Below are positions 1 to 8,247 of a DNA stretch of 64,000 bases, piece by piece. The stretch spans positions 5,088-69,087 of the forward strand of contig CALMRE010000074.1 in assembly GCA_937871295.1 (NCBI GenBank), written 5' to 3'. Every line of letters begins with the position of its first letter. The first letter of the stretch is position 1. Below the pieces are notes generated by a model. It made no database searches. It was not told the DNA's origin and saw only the letters and a list, made by a program, of their open reading frames with translations. The position numbers and the translations under genes were made by a program. Source of the stretch: an uncultured bacterium. GTDB taxonomy: Bacteria > UBP6 > UBA1177 > JAKLFG01.

Positions 1-1
1 G

Positions 2-595
2 TTCCCCAGTTCCCCCGCCTGCGGCGCCGGCACCCCCGGCGAAGAGCCGGTCAACGACCCGATCATGCTGACCCTCACCGCTCAGGTGCCGATGAACGCC
101 CGCGCCTTCAGCATCGACATCTACTTCTTCAGCCGCGAGTTCCCCGAGTATGTCTGCGACTACAACGATTTCTTCATCGTCCTGCTTGATTCTTCCTATA
201 CCTCGGGCGATCCGACGCTCCAGAACCCCTTCGACAAGAACCTCGCGATGGACGAGGCGGGCAACCCGGTCGGCATCAACCTCGCCCCGGCGGGGCTGTT
301 CCGCGTCTGCTGTCAGGGGGGCGGTATCGCCTGCGGCTATACCCCCGGCAAGGATTACGGCCAGTTCTGCACGCTCGGCCCCACCGAACTGGAGGGGACC
401 GGTCTGTACGAAGGGCAGAAAGAGGGCGGCACCGGGTGGCTGGTGACGCGCGGCAATGTCGTGGCGGGAGAGACGATCACCCTGCGGCTCGCGATATGGG
501 ACACCCGCGACAACGTACTCGACTCGATGGTCCTCATCGATAACTTCAAGTGGCTTCCCAAAGAGGTCAACCCCGGCACCAGCATACAGGAATAG
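2..595 (+). CDS. Secreted Cys-rich protein paralog, C-terminal fragment (5' end lies outside the window); carries the conserved ~170-aa C-terminal domain
   Basis: Reading frame is open to the window start. Translation FPSSPACGAG...DIYFFSREFPEYVCDYNDFF...LIDNFKW aligns residue for residue with the C-terminus of the 686-2287 product. Confidence 0.8.
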   Translation, partial: FPSSPACGAGTPGEEPVNDPIMLTLTAQVPMNARAFSIDIYFFSREFPEYVCDYNDFFIVLLDSSYTSGDPTLQNPFDKNLAMDEAGNPVGINLAPAGLFRVCCQGGGIACGYTPGKDYGQFCTLGPTELEGTGLYEGQKEGGTGWLVTRGNVVAGETITLRLAIWDTRDNVLDSMVLIDNFKWLPKEVNPGTSIQE

Positions 596-685
596 CCCCC
601 GCCGTTCCCTTGAAAAATTCTGTTGATATCGGGAACGCTCCGGATATAATGCCTCCGTTGGTGTGACATGAAAAAGAGGTGTTCC

Positions 686-2287
686 ATGAAACGCGCATTG
701 TTTCTTCTTGCGCTGTCGCTGACGGCGCTCCTGTCGATCGCGGCCTGTACCCCGACCGAAGAGGGGTTGACCGATACTATCGGCGGCGCCGACACCGATC
801 CGGGTAACGACGGCATTCAGGTCCCCGACGATACGACCGGCGACGGTACGCCGACCGAGGGAACGCCCGACGAATGGCCCGAGGATCTCTATCCCGATAT
901 CGATCAGGCGCAGTGCAACCCCGGTGATACGGTTGACTGCTATCTGGGACCCAACGGCTCGAAGGATGTCGGCATCTGCAAGTCGGGCACCTCGACCTGC
1001 GCCGAGAGCGGCAACTGGGGTAACTGCGAGGGTATGGTGCTCCCCGCGCCCGAGATCTGCGGGAACGGCGTCGACGAGAACTGCGACGGCGTGGACGGCA
1101 CCCCCGAGAACACCGTCGACATCGACGGCGACGGCTACACCTACTGCACCGGCGACTGCTGCGAGATACAGTCGGAATGCCTCCATCCCGAACTGGTCGG
1201 CCCCGGCGGCTACGACTTCCCCGGCAACGGGATAGACGACAACTGCAACGATGAGATCGACGAGGTCGAATCGTGCGATACCGGGCTTTCCGAGGATTCG
1301 ACCGACCCGGTCGACATGGCGAAGTCGATCGGCCTGTGCCCGACGGGCGACGGCAAGGACTACGGTCTGGTGAGCGCCGAGATGCTCTTTCCCGACGGCA
1401 CGACGCAGAGTCAGGTGTTCCAGTTGCAGGGACAGGACGCGCAGGGCAACGCCGTTACGATAGACTGCACCGCGACGCCGCCCAACCCCGATTCATACGC
1501 CATCCTGCCGAAGTTCGGCAATGTCATCACGCCGAAGGAGGGGGCCAGTTTCTTCATGATGTCATCGGGCGTCGCCGACGATCCGATACCGGCGCAGGCG
1601 CTTAAACCCGACAATACCTCGACCGAGTTCATGTGCACCCGCTCCAACGCCCCTACCGATTGGTACAGCGCCAACGGCAACGAGTTCCCGAGTTCCCCCG
1701 GCTGCGGCGGTCTGACCGGCGGCGATCCGGGCAAAGAACCGCTCAACGATCCGGTGATGCTCCAACTCAAGGTGAAGGTGCCGGTCAACGCCCGCTCCTT
1801 CAGCGTCGACATCTATTTCTTCAGCCGCGAGTTCCCCGAATATGTCTGCCAGTACAACGATTTCTTCGTGGCGCTGCTGGACTCCACCTTCACCTCGGGC
1901 GATCCGAACCTCGCCAACCCGGTCGACAAGAACCTCGCGATGGACGACGCGAAAAACCCGGTCGGCATCAACCTCGCCAAGTCGGGGCTGTTCCGCGCCT
2001 GCTGTAACGGCGGGCTCATCGCCTGCGGCTACGATCCGATGAACAACTACGCCCAGTTCTGCACGCTCGGGCCCGACGAACTGGCCGGCACCGGCCTGTA
2101 CGACGACAACGACAAGAACGGCGGCACCGGCTGGCTGGTCACCAAAGGGAACATCGTTCCGGGCGAGGAGATAACGCTTCGTTTCGCGATCTGGGACGCG
2201 CTGGACCATATCCTCGATTCGGAGATCATACTCGATAACTTCCGCTGGTATCCGGTCGAGGTCAAGCCGGGCACCGGTCAGGAATAA
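686..2287 (+). CDS. Lipoprotein with MopE-like putative metal-binding Cys-rich repeats and the conserved C-terminal domain (paralog of 2-595 and 51328-52761)
   Basis: Signal peptide and lipobox (LSIAAC). RBS aagagg upstream of ATG 686; alternative ATG at 668. Repeats DxDGDGxxxCxGDCxExxxxxxPGxxExCNGxDDNCxxxxDE. C-terminal motif FFSREFPEYVCQYNDFF...LDNFRW. Confidence 0.8.
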   Translation: MKRALFLLALSLTALLSIAACTPTEEGLTDTIGGADTDPGNDGIQVPDDTTGDGTPTEGTPDEWPEDLYPDIDQAQCNPGDTVDCYLGPNGSKDVGICKSGTSTCAESGNWGNCEGMVLPAPEICGNGVDENCDGVDGTPENTVDIDGDGYTYCTGDCCEIQSECLHPELVGPGGYDFPGNGIDDNCNDEIDEVESCDTGLSEDSTDPVDMAKSIGLCPTGDGKDYGLVSAEMLFPDGTTQSQVFQLQGQDAQGNAVTIDCTATPPNPDSYAILPKFGNVITPKEGASFFMMSSGVADDPIPAQALKPDNTSTEFMCTRSNAPTDWYSANGNEFPSSPGCGGLTGGDPGKEPLNDPVMLQLKVKVPVNARSFSVDIYFFSREFPEYVCQYNDFFVALLDSTFTSGDPNLANPVDKNLAMDDAKNPVGINLAKSGLFRACCNGGLIACGYDPMNNYAQFCTLGPDELAGTGLYDDNDKNGGTGWLVTKGNIVPGEEITLRFAIWDALDHILDSEIILDNFRWYPVEVKPGTGQE

Positions 2288-2299
2288 AGGAGACGCGCG

Positions 2300-2620
2300 A
2301 TGAATATGAATATGCAGAGCCTCATGCAGCAGGCCCAGAAGATGCAGAAAAAGATGCTCGAGGTCGAAGAGGGCTTCAAGCAGGAACGCTTCACCGCCGA
2401 AGCGGGCGGCGGCGCGGTCAAGGCGACCGTCGGCGGCGACATGACGCTCAAGGATGTCGTTATCGGCGACGAACTGATGAAGAGCGGCGACCGTGAGATG
2501 GCGCAGGACCTCGTGCTTCTCGCGGTCAACGTCGCGCTCGATACGGCGCGGCGTGAAAAGGAAACGCGGATGTCCAAACTGCTCGGCAAGGCGGGCGCCG
2601 GCATGCCGGGCATGTTCTGA
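2300..2620 (+). CDS. ybaB: Nucleoid-associated protein YbaB/EbfC
   Basis: 106 aa; conserved QKMQ...GGG...V.G.G family pattern; position immediately upstream of recR. Confidence 0.9.
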   Translation: MNMNMQSLMQQAQKMQKKMLEVEEGFKQERFTAEAGGGAVKATVGGDMTLKDVVIGDELMKSGDREMAQDLVLLAVNVALDTARREKETRMSKLLGKAGAGMPGMF

Positions 2621-3204
2621 TGGATTACGGCATCGTCCGGCGTCTGGTCGAGACGCTCCGCCGTCTTCCCGGCGTATCGCAGAAACTGGCCGAACGGATC
2701 GCCTTTTCTCTCCTGCAGGACCCCGACGCGCAGCGCGCCGTTGCCGAACTTTCCACGATACTGGACGGCGCCTCATCGTGCGCCGCCTGCGGCTGGTTCA
2801 TCGAAAAGGGGAAACCGTGCGCCAACTGCGCCCGTGACCGGCGGGTCATCTGCGTGGTCGAAAGTTTCTCCGATCTCATCGGCATCGACCGCACCGGCGA
2901 ATTCACCGGCTCGTTCCACCTGCTGGGCGGCCTGATCGCGCCGCTCGAAGGACTGCTTCCCGAAGACCTGACCGGAGACGCGCTCCTGCGCCGGGTGGAG
3001 GCGGGCGGCGTCGAGGAGGTGATACTCGCTCTTCCCGCCACGATCGAGGGGGAGGCGACGGTCCACTACCTGCACGAACTACTGGCGCCGACCGGCGTCA
3101 CGGTGAGCCGCATCGCCCGCGGGATGCCGTCGAACTCGAAGATAGAATACCTTGACCGCAAGACGATAGGGCACGCTCTCCGCGAACGGGTCAAGGTCTC
3201 CTAG
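2620..3204 (+). CDS. recR: Recombination protein RecR
   Basis: C4 zinc finger CAACGWF...CANC; Toprim segment VICVVESFSDL; start overlaps the ybaB stop (ATGA). Confidence 0.92.
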   Translation: MDYGIVRRLVETLRRLPGVSQKLAERIAFSLLQDPDAQRAVAELSTILDGASSCAACGWFIEKGKPCANCARDRRVICVVESFSDLIGIDRTGEFTGSFHLLGGLIAPLEGLLPEDLTGDALLRRVEAGGVEEVILALPATIEGEATVHYLHELLAPTGVTVSRIARGMPSNSKIEYLDRKTIGHALRERVKVS

Positions 3205-3225
3205 AATTTCCGGAAAAAGTAGTTA

Positions 3226-4254
3226 TCAGAGCGGAGGGAAGAGCGTATCGCCGTTGGCCATGATCTCGGTGCAGGTCCACAAGGGGTCGATCCGTTTCTG
3301 ACGCCAGATGTTCGGCCCCGACTCCTTGATGACGTTCTGCGCGCCGCTCTTGAACAGTGCGTTATCGGTCTTGAGCACCACCTGTTTATCGGTCCAGAAG
3401 ACGGTCCCTTCGATGGTCTGCGTCGCGCCGGTCCCGTTGACCTGCCCCCAGAGTTCCGAGGAGGATTTCTCGACGATGTGGGTCACGCCGTTGGAAAGAC
3501 CGGCGTTGACCACCACGCGGAGCCCCGGTTCGCCGTCGTTGTCCCAATCCTCGACATCGGGGCTGGCGGGGTCGGTCGGCAGTTCGTAGGTGCCCGGATC
3601 GGTCGGCAGTATAGACTGCTTGATCGAGCGCAGTTCCCAGAAGGTGGGCTGATAATATTCGCCGGAGGGGGTGATGTCGGCCTCCTTGTGAAGCATGATG
3701 AGCGAATCGGCGAACGACTGCGGCATCAGAATGTCTATCGGATTGAGCGCCGTTTTGTTCTCGATGATGATGTGACATATCTTGGAGTCAACCCAGAGGT
3801 GGCCTTCCTGCTGGCGTTGGGTCATGAGGAACAGGGTCCGGATCTCGGCGGTGGCGGCGTCGAACCCGGCGACCTTCGCGGTGGCGGTGAATATCATCTG
3901 CTGTGCCCACGAGCCACAGACCTCGGGGAAGGCGCCCGGCGCACAGTTCGGATCAACATCGTCGGGGACCAGCTCGTCCTCGTCGGAAAGCATCTCGTCG
4001 CCCGTCTCGTCGGGGAAGGTCGTAGAGTCATCGGACGGTTCGACTATGTCTTCATCAGCCGCCGCGTCCACCGTGTCCATTCCGTCCACATCGTCCACTT
4101 CAGCCATGCTGTCGTCGCCGGCCGTGTCTTCGTCGATGACGGCGGTGTCGGGGGTGTTGTCGGTGTCGGTGGTCGTGGTCGATTCATCGCCGCATGAGAC
4201 GATGAACAGCGCCGCGCCGCACGCGAGGCACAGGGTCGAAAGTTGGCGTTTCAT
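3226..4254 (-). CDS. Lipoprotein with acidic T/D-rich N-terminal linker, function unknown
   Basis: Lipobox LFIVSCG; acidic linker DDSMAEVDDVDGMDTVD shared with the 6053-7441 product; 4-nt overlap with upstream gene 4251-5939. Confidence 0.7.
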   Translation of the reverse strand: MKRQLSTLCLACGAALFIVSCGDESTTTTDTDNTPDTAVIDEDTAGDDSMAEVDDVDGMDTVDAAADEDIVEPSDDSTTFPDETGDEMLSDEDELVPDDVDPNCAPGAFPEVCGSWAQQMIFTATAKVAGFDAATAEIRTLFLMTQRQQEGHLWVDSKICHIIIENKTALNPIDILMPQSFADSLIMLHKEADITPSGEYYQPTFWELRSIKQSILPTDPGTYELPTDPASPDVEDWDNDGEPGLRVVVNAGLSNGVTHIVEKSSSELWGQVNGTGATQTIEGTVFWTDKQVVLKTDNALFKSGAQNVIKESGPNIWRQKRIDPLWTCTEIMANGDTLFPPL

Positions 4255-5939
4255 TCCTTTTTCTCCGTATCGTTGTTCGCGGTCTTGCCCTTTTCTTCCT
4301 TATCCTTGCCGAAATAGAAGGTGAGCCAGAGCCCGGCGCCGATGAGCACGCCGCCGCTTTTGTAGCCGGGATAGCCGGGGTTGTTGGTCTGGAAACCGTC
4401 CGATTCGGCGAGATGACTGCCGTCGTAGTCGCTGACCGATTCGGGGAATTCGTCGACCACCTTCCCGCTTCTGCCGGTGCCGGTCTTCGGGTCCGTTGCG
4501 GTCGCCGCGATGCCGGTCGCCTTCTTCTGCGTCCGGTCGATCAGGTAGTGGCACTGGAGCGACAGGCCGGTATCGAACGAATAGTCGCCGAGCTTCCAGT
4601 TACGGACGAATCCGGCGCCGAACGACAGACGGTGGTTGTCGACATAGTTGGTGCGGCCGCTCTGTTCGGGGACCGGGGTGGGGGTGAAGGCGACATCGAG
4701 CCCCCAGCGGTTCGCGCCGAGGTCCATCGCCACGCCGGCCGACGCCTTGAAGATATCCTTCCACGCGAAACCGGGGATCGTTTCCTTCACGAAGCCGCCG
4801 TAGAGTATCGATGTCTGGCCGGTTGTTTCGTCGACATATTCCGTCTCGAGGTCGTAGTCCCAATACTTGTTTTCCTGCGGTCGGGCGTTCTGGCGGTTAC
4901 GGTAATCGCTCCACCGTTCGTAGGTGCCGGTGAGCGTCGCGGTGAGCCCCAGCCCGTCGAAGTCGAACCGGCCCAGAGCGAAGGCGAGCGAGACATTGAG
5001 CGGGGTGTAGGCGTGCACGATGGAGAAGGAACTCTGACCGACCGAATTCTCCATGGGCCCCTGCATCCGCCAGAAATTCATATCGATGTCCGATTCTATC
5101 GCGTTATGCGAGGCGAGGTGGACCGTCGCGCTGATTCGCAGTTTTTCCCACGGTTTGGCGGCGATGGCGAAGTGTGGCGTCACCCGCAGGCCGATGGAGG
5201 AGCGGGCGAGTATGTCCTTTTCGTTGCGGGCGGCGTCGGGGATATAGGCGTCGGCCGTTATCTCGGTGCTGTTGATGAGCGATATGCCGACCCCGGCGGT
5301 GAGCCATTCCCAGTACACGCGTCCGCCCAGCCCCAGCGTTATCGAGAAGCCCTGCAGTCGGTCCTCATAGAGTTCAAAGTGGAGCGAGTTGGAAAAATTC
5401 GCCTCCCGTTCGTCGACGAAAAAGGAGCGCTGTCCCTGCAGTTCGGTCAGCGGCAGGATCATCGTGAAGCCGAGCGAAAGCCAGTTTTCGATGATCGCAC
5501 CCACCGCGCCGACCGTCGCGTAGTAGCCGTGAGCCACCGGACTGTCGGAGCCGCGCGCGGCGAGCAGGTCGGTCGGCTGGGCCTTGAAGGGGACGCCCCG
5601 CTGGGGAAGCCCGTCGCGGACCACCCGCGCCGTATAAATGCCGGAGCCGAAGCCGCCGTTGGCGTCCATTCTACCCTGTATGTCGGCTCCGGTCGGCCGA
5701 TCGAACAGCGATAGGTCGAGCCCTTGGTATGAGTAGGAAAAGGAGATGGTGACATTATCCTTCACATCGAGCAGGAGCGCCGGGTTGAAATAGGCGGTCT
5801 CGGGCCCCTGCGGCAAGGCCCGGGCGCTGAAGGGGTTGGTCCCTTCCGAGGAACCGATGAGTTCGCGGGTCGGGGAGGCGGAAAGTGAAGCGGAAAGAAG
5901 TGCGAAAACGCACACGATGCAATAGGAAAGCGACCTCAT
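4251..5939 (-). CDS. Outer-membrane beta-barrel transport protein, FadL/TodX-like (tentative)
   Basis: Signal peptide; N-terminal hatch-like YFNPA motif; alternating amphipathic strands; C-terminal barrel residues ...LWLTFYF followed by a Lys-rich tail. Confidence 0.45.
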   Translation of the reverse strand: MRSLSYCIVCVFALLSASLSASPTRELIGSSEGTNPFSARALPQGPETAYFNPALLLDVKDNVTISFSYSYQGLDLSLFDRPTGADIQGRMDANGGFGSGIYTARVVRDGLPQRGVPFKAQPTDLLAARGSDSPVAHGYYATVGAVGAIIENWLSLGFTMILPLTELQGQRSFFVDEREANFSNSLHFELYEDRLQGFSITLGLGGRVYWEWLTAGVGISLINSTEITADAYIPDAARNEKDILARSSIGLRVTPHFAIAAKPWEKLRISATVHLASHNAIESDIDMNFWRMQGPMENSVGQSSFSIVHAYTPLNVSLAFALGRFDFDGLGLTATLTGTYERWSDYRNRQNARPQENKYWDYDLETEYVDETTGQTSILYGGFVKETIPGFAWKDIFKASAGVAMDLGANRWGLDVAFTPTPVPEQSGRTNYVDNHRLSFGAGFVRNWKLGDYSFDTGLSLQCHYLIDRTQKKATGIAATATDPKTGTGRSGKVVDEFPESVSDYDGSHLAESDGFQTNNPGYPGYKSGGVLIGAGLWLTFYFGKDKEEKGKTANNDTEKKE

Positions 5940-6052
5940 GACTCCTCAATTCGTCGTTTATCAACGCGGCTGATAATATCAAAAGACGAAGACTAGTCAA
6001 GAATTTATATACTTTTATTGTACTGAACTGTCAGCGGAATAAAGTCGGTTTA

Positions 6053-7441
6053 TTAGCGCCAGACCAGACCGTCGATATCCCAGAGAGCGTTGTCGAGATT
6101 GAAGACACGGTAGACGGTGCCGTCACGGCCGATGATGGCCAGCCGCGATTCGCGGTCGCTCCCCGAGCCGGTGTAGATGGTCACCGCGATGAGTTGCCCG
6201 TCGGGCGAGAAGGCGAAGGGGCGGTAGTGCGACGCGAACTGTTCCGTGGTGATATAGGCGACGAAGGTCTCGTCGGGCTGGCGGTAGCCGGTGTAGGTCT
6301 CGTTCCACGGCGCGTCGAGGATGTTCCCCATGATCGACAGGCCGTTCTGCACCGAGAGATCGGGAACGAAGCGGTAGAAGAGCATCTCGTCGGCGTGGGT
6401 CGCGGCGGCCAGTCCGCGCTGGGCGACATTGCCGTCGGTCCAGGCGCCGTAGAAGGTGTAGGCGGTCATGTCGGCGCCCCCCTCATCCTCGAAGAATATC
6501 TCGCTCGATATCTCTTCGGGACCGAACCCGAGGAACGACGCCATGATGCGGTTCGTGCCGTGGACGAACTCGGCCGAAAGCGGCTTCATGTACATCGGGT
6601 TGCCGTCGCCGGTCGGCAGGAAGGGGGCGATGTTCTCGCCCGCCCCGTCGGCGGTGAACAGTTCGATGTCGAAGGTGAGATAGCCGTCGATATCGGTTTC
6701 GCCCGTTTCGTAGGTGCCGGTGAAGACGATGCGCGACCCGTCCTCGCTCACCGCCGGGTTCCAGCGGCCCACGACATACTGTTGCATGATCGAGCCGTCG
6801 CCGTAGACATCGTATTCTTTGAGTTCGCGGGCGATGAGAATGGCGGGCGTTCCCGAAATAAGACCCTGCCCGTTGAGGTTCGCCTTCCAGATGCTCCCGA
6901 GGTGGGTGTCGCTGTAGTCGGCGCTCGAGTAGAGGAGGAACGACGCATCGGCCGGGAGCGCCGGACAGTATTCGAACTTGTCGGCAGTGTCGGTGATGTT
7001 CTCGATGGTCAGGCCGTCCATCTTCAGCCGGTAGATATCGCCGTAGTTACTGCCCTCGACATGGGCCGAAAAATAGAGACCGATGCCGATATCGCCCGCC
7101 GGAAGCGCCGTGCCGGGATCGTTGTCGAGGTCGAGCGGATCGGCCGTATCGGTGTCGGTGACGAGGGTGTCGTTCTCATCGGGCTGTTCGTCCGATAGCA
7201 GGTCGTCGCCGTCCGGCAGGATATCGTCCATTTCGTCCATGTCGGCCATGCCGTCATCCCCGACCAAGTCTTCATCGGCCGTCGTGTCCACAGAGTCCAT
7301 TCCGTCCACGTCGTCCGCTTCAGCCATGCTGTCGTCGGTGTCGATTTCATCGATGTCGGGATTGGTGTTCTTCTTGTCGTCGCACCCGACCGCAAATAAA
7401 AACGCGATAAGGGCGAAAAGGATCGTGCGGGTCATGTTCAT
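6053..7441 (-). CDS. TolB-like PD40 beta-propeller lipoprotein with acidic linker
   Basis: Lipobox LFAVGC; repeated SEDGSRIVF / SPDGQLIAV PD40-like blades; N-terminal DDSMAEADDVDGMDSVD cassette. Confidence 0.6.
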   Translation of the reverse strand: MNMTRTILFALIAFLFAVGCDDKKNTNPDIDEIDTDDSMAEADDVDGMDSVDTTADEDLVGDDGMADMDEMDDILPDGDDLLSDEQPDENDTLVTDTDTADPLDLDNDPGTALPAGDIGIGLYFSAHVEGSNYGDIYRLKMDGLTIENITDTADKFEYCPALPADASFLLYSSADYSDTHLGSIWKANLNGQGLISGTPAILIARELKEYDVYGDGSIMQQYVVGRWNPAVSEDGSRIVFTGTYETGETDIDGYLTFDIELFTADGAGENIAPFLPTGDGNPMYMKPLSAEFVHGTNRIMASFLGFGPEEISSEIFFEDEGGADMTAYTFYGAWTDGNVAQRGLAAATHADEMLFYRFVPDLSVQNGLSIMGNILDAPWNETYTGYRQPDETFVAYITTEQFASHYRPFAFSPDGQLIAVTIYTGSGSDRESRLAIIGRDGTVYRVFNLDNALWDIDGLVWR

Positions 7442-7568
7442 CCTCCATTACGGTTCTCTACCCAAGGGGGGCATTGTAGTGAACAACCTCCGAAAATCAA
7501 TCCCCGAAATAACTTTATTTTTCGTGATACCCACTCTATAATCGCGCCGGACCTTGAAGGAGAACGGT

Positions 7569-8237
7569 ATGCTGCGGCGTTTCATAATGCTCGTCGGTTT
7601 GTTGACGCTCTGCACCGGCCTCCTGTCGGCGCAGGAGGGGTCCATTGTTACCCCCGAGGGCGAAGTGATCAACGAACAGTCGGCCCCGGAACCCGACTCC
7701 GCACAAGGCTCCGCCGGGCAGGCCGAACCAGCGCCGGCTCCCGCCGAACAGACGCAGGACGACGCGCCGATACAGCTTCCCGAAAAATGGTCCGGCGCCC
7801 GTGCCGAACAGTTCGGCCTCGGCTTCCTGCTCGGTGAACCGACCGGTATCTCGTTCCGCTGGTTCTTCCACGAGATGCAGGGGATCGACCTCCTCGCGGC
7901 GTGGGGTTGGGGCTGGAACCATCATCAGAAGATCGTCATCCACGCCGACTATCTCTTCCGTTTCTACGATCTCATCCCGATACCGAAGGGCGACACCGCC
8001 CTCTATGTCGGCGGCGGTCTGCAGGTGGGCGTTTTTGATCACGAAGAATATGACAACTATTATCACAACAAGCAAGATTGGCGTTTTCTTTTGGCGTTGC
8101 GTCTGCCGGGCGGCATTCTCTATCAGGTGCAGTCGTTCCCGATAGAGGTGCTCTTCGAACTGGCCTTCCTGTTCAATATCCTGCCCGCGCCTGCGGCCGA
8201 CTTCAATGTCGGGCTCGGCCTGCGGTTCTGTTTCTGA
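7569..8237 (+). CDS. Small outer-membrane beta-barrel protein
   Basis: RBS aaggag; signal peptide MLRRFIMLVGLLTLCTGLLSAQ; amphipathic beta strands; C-terminal ...GLRFCF. Confidence 0.55.
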   Translation: MLRRFIMLVGLLTLCTGLLSAQEGSIVTPEGEVINEQSAPEPDSAQGSAGQAEPAPAPAEQTQDDAPIQLPEKWSGARAEQFGLGFLLGEPTGISFRWFFHEMQGIDLLAAWGWGWNHHQKIVIHADYLFRFYDLIPIPKGDTALYVGGGLQVGVFDHEEYDNYYHNKQDWRFLLALRLPGGILYQVQSFPIEVLFELAFLFNILPAPAADFNVGLGLRFCF

Positions 8238-8247
8238 CGGGGAACTC

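Noticed and set aside
1562-2776. 404-aa minus-strand ORF antisense to the MopE-like gene and ybaB
   Set aside because: Arg-rich shadow ORF; the opposite strand encodes well-supported genes.
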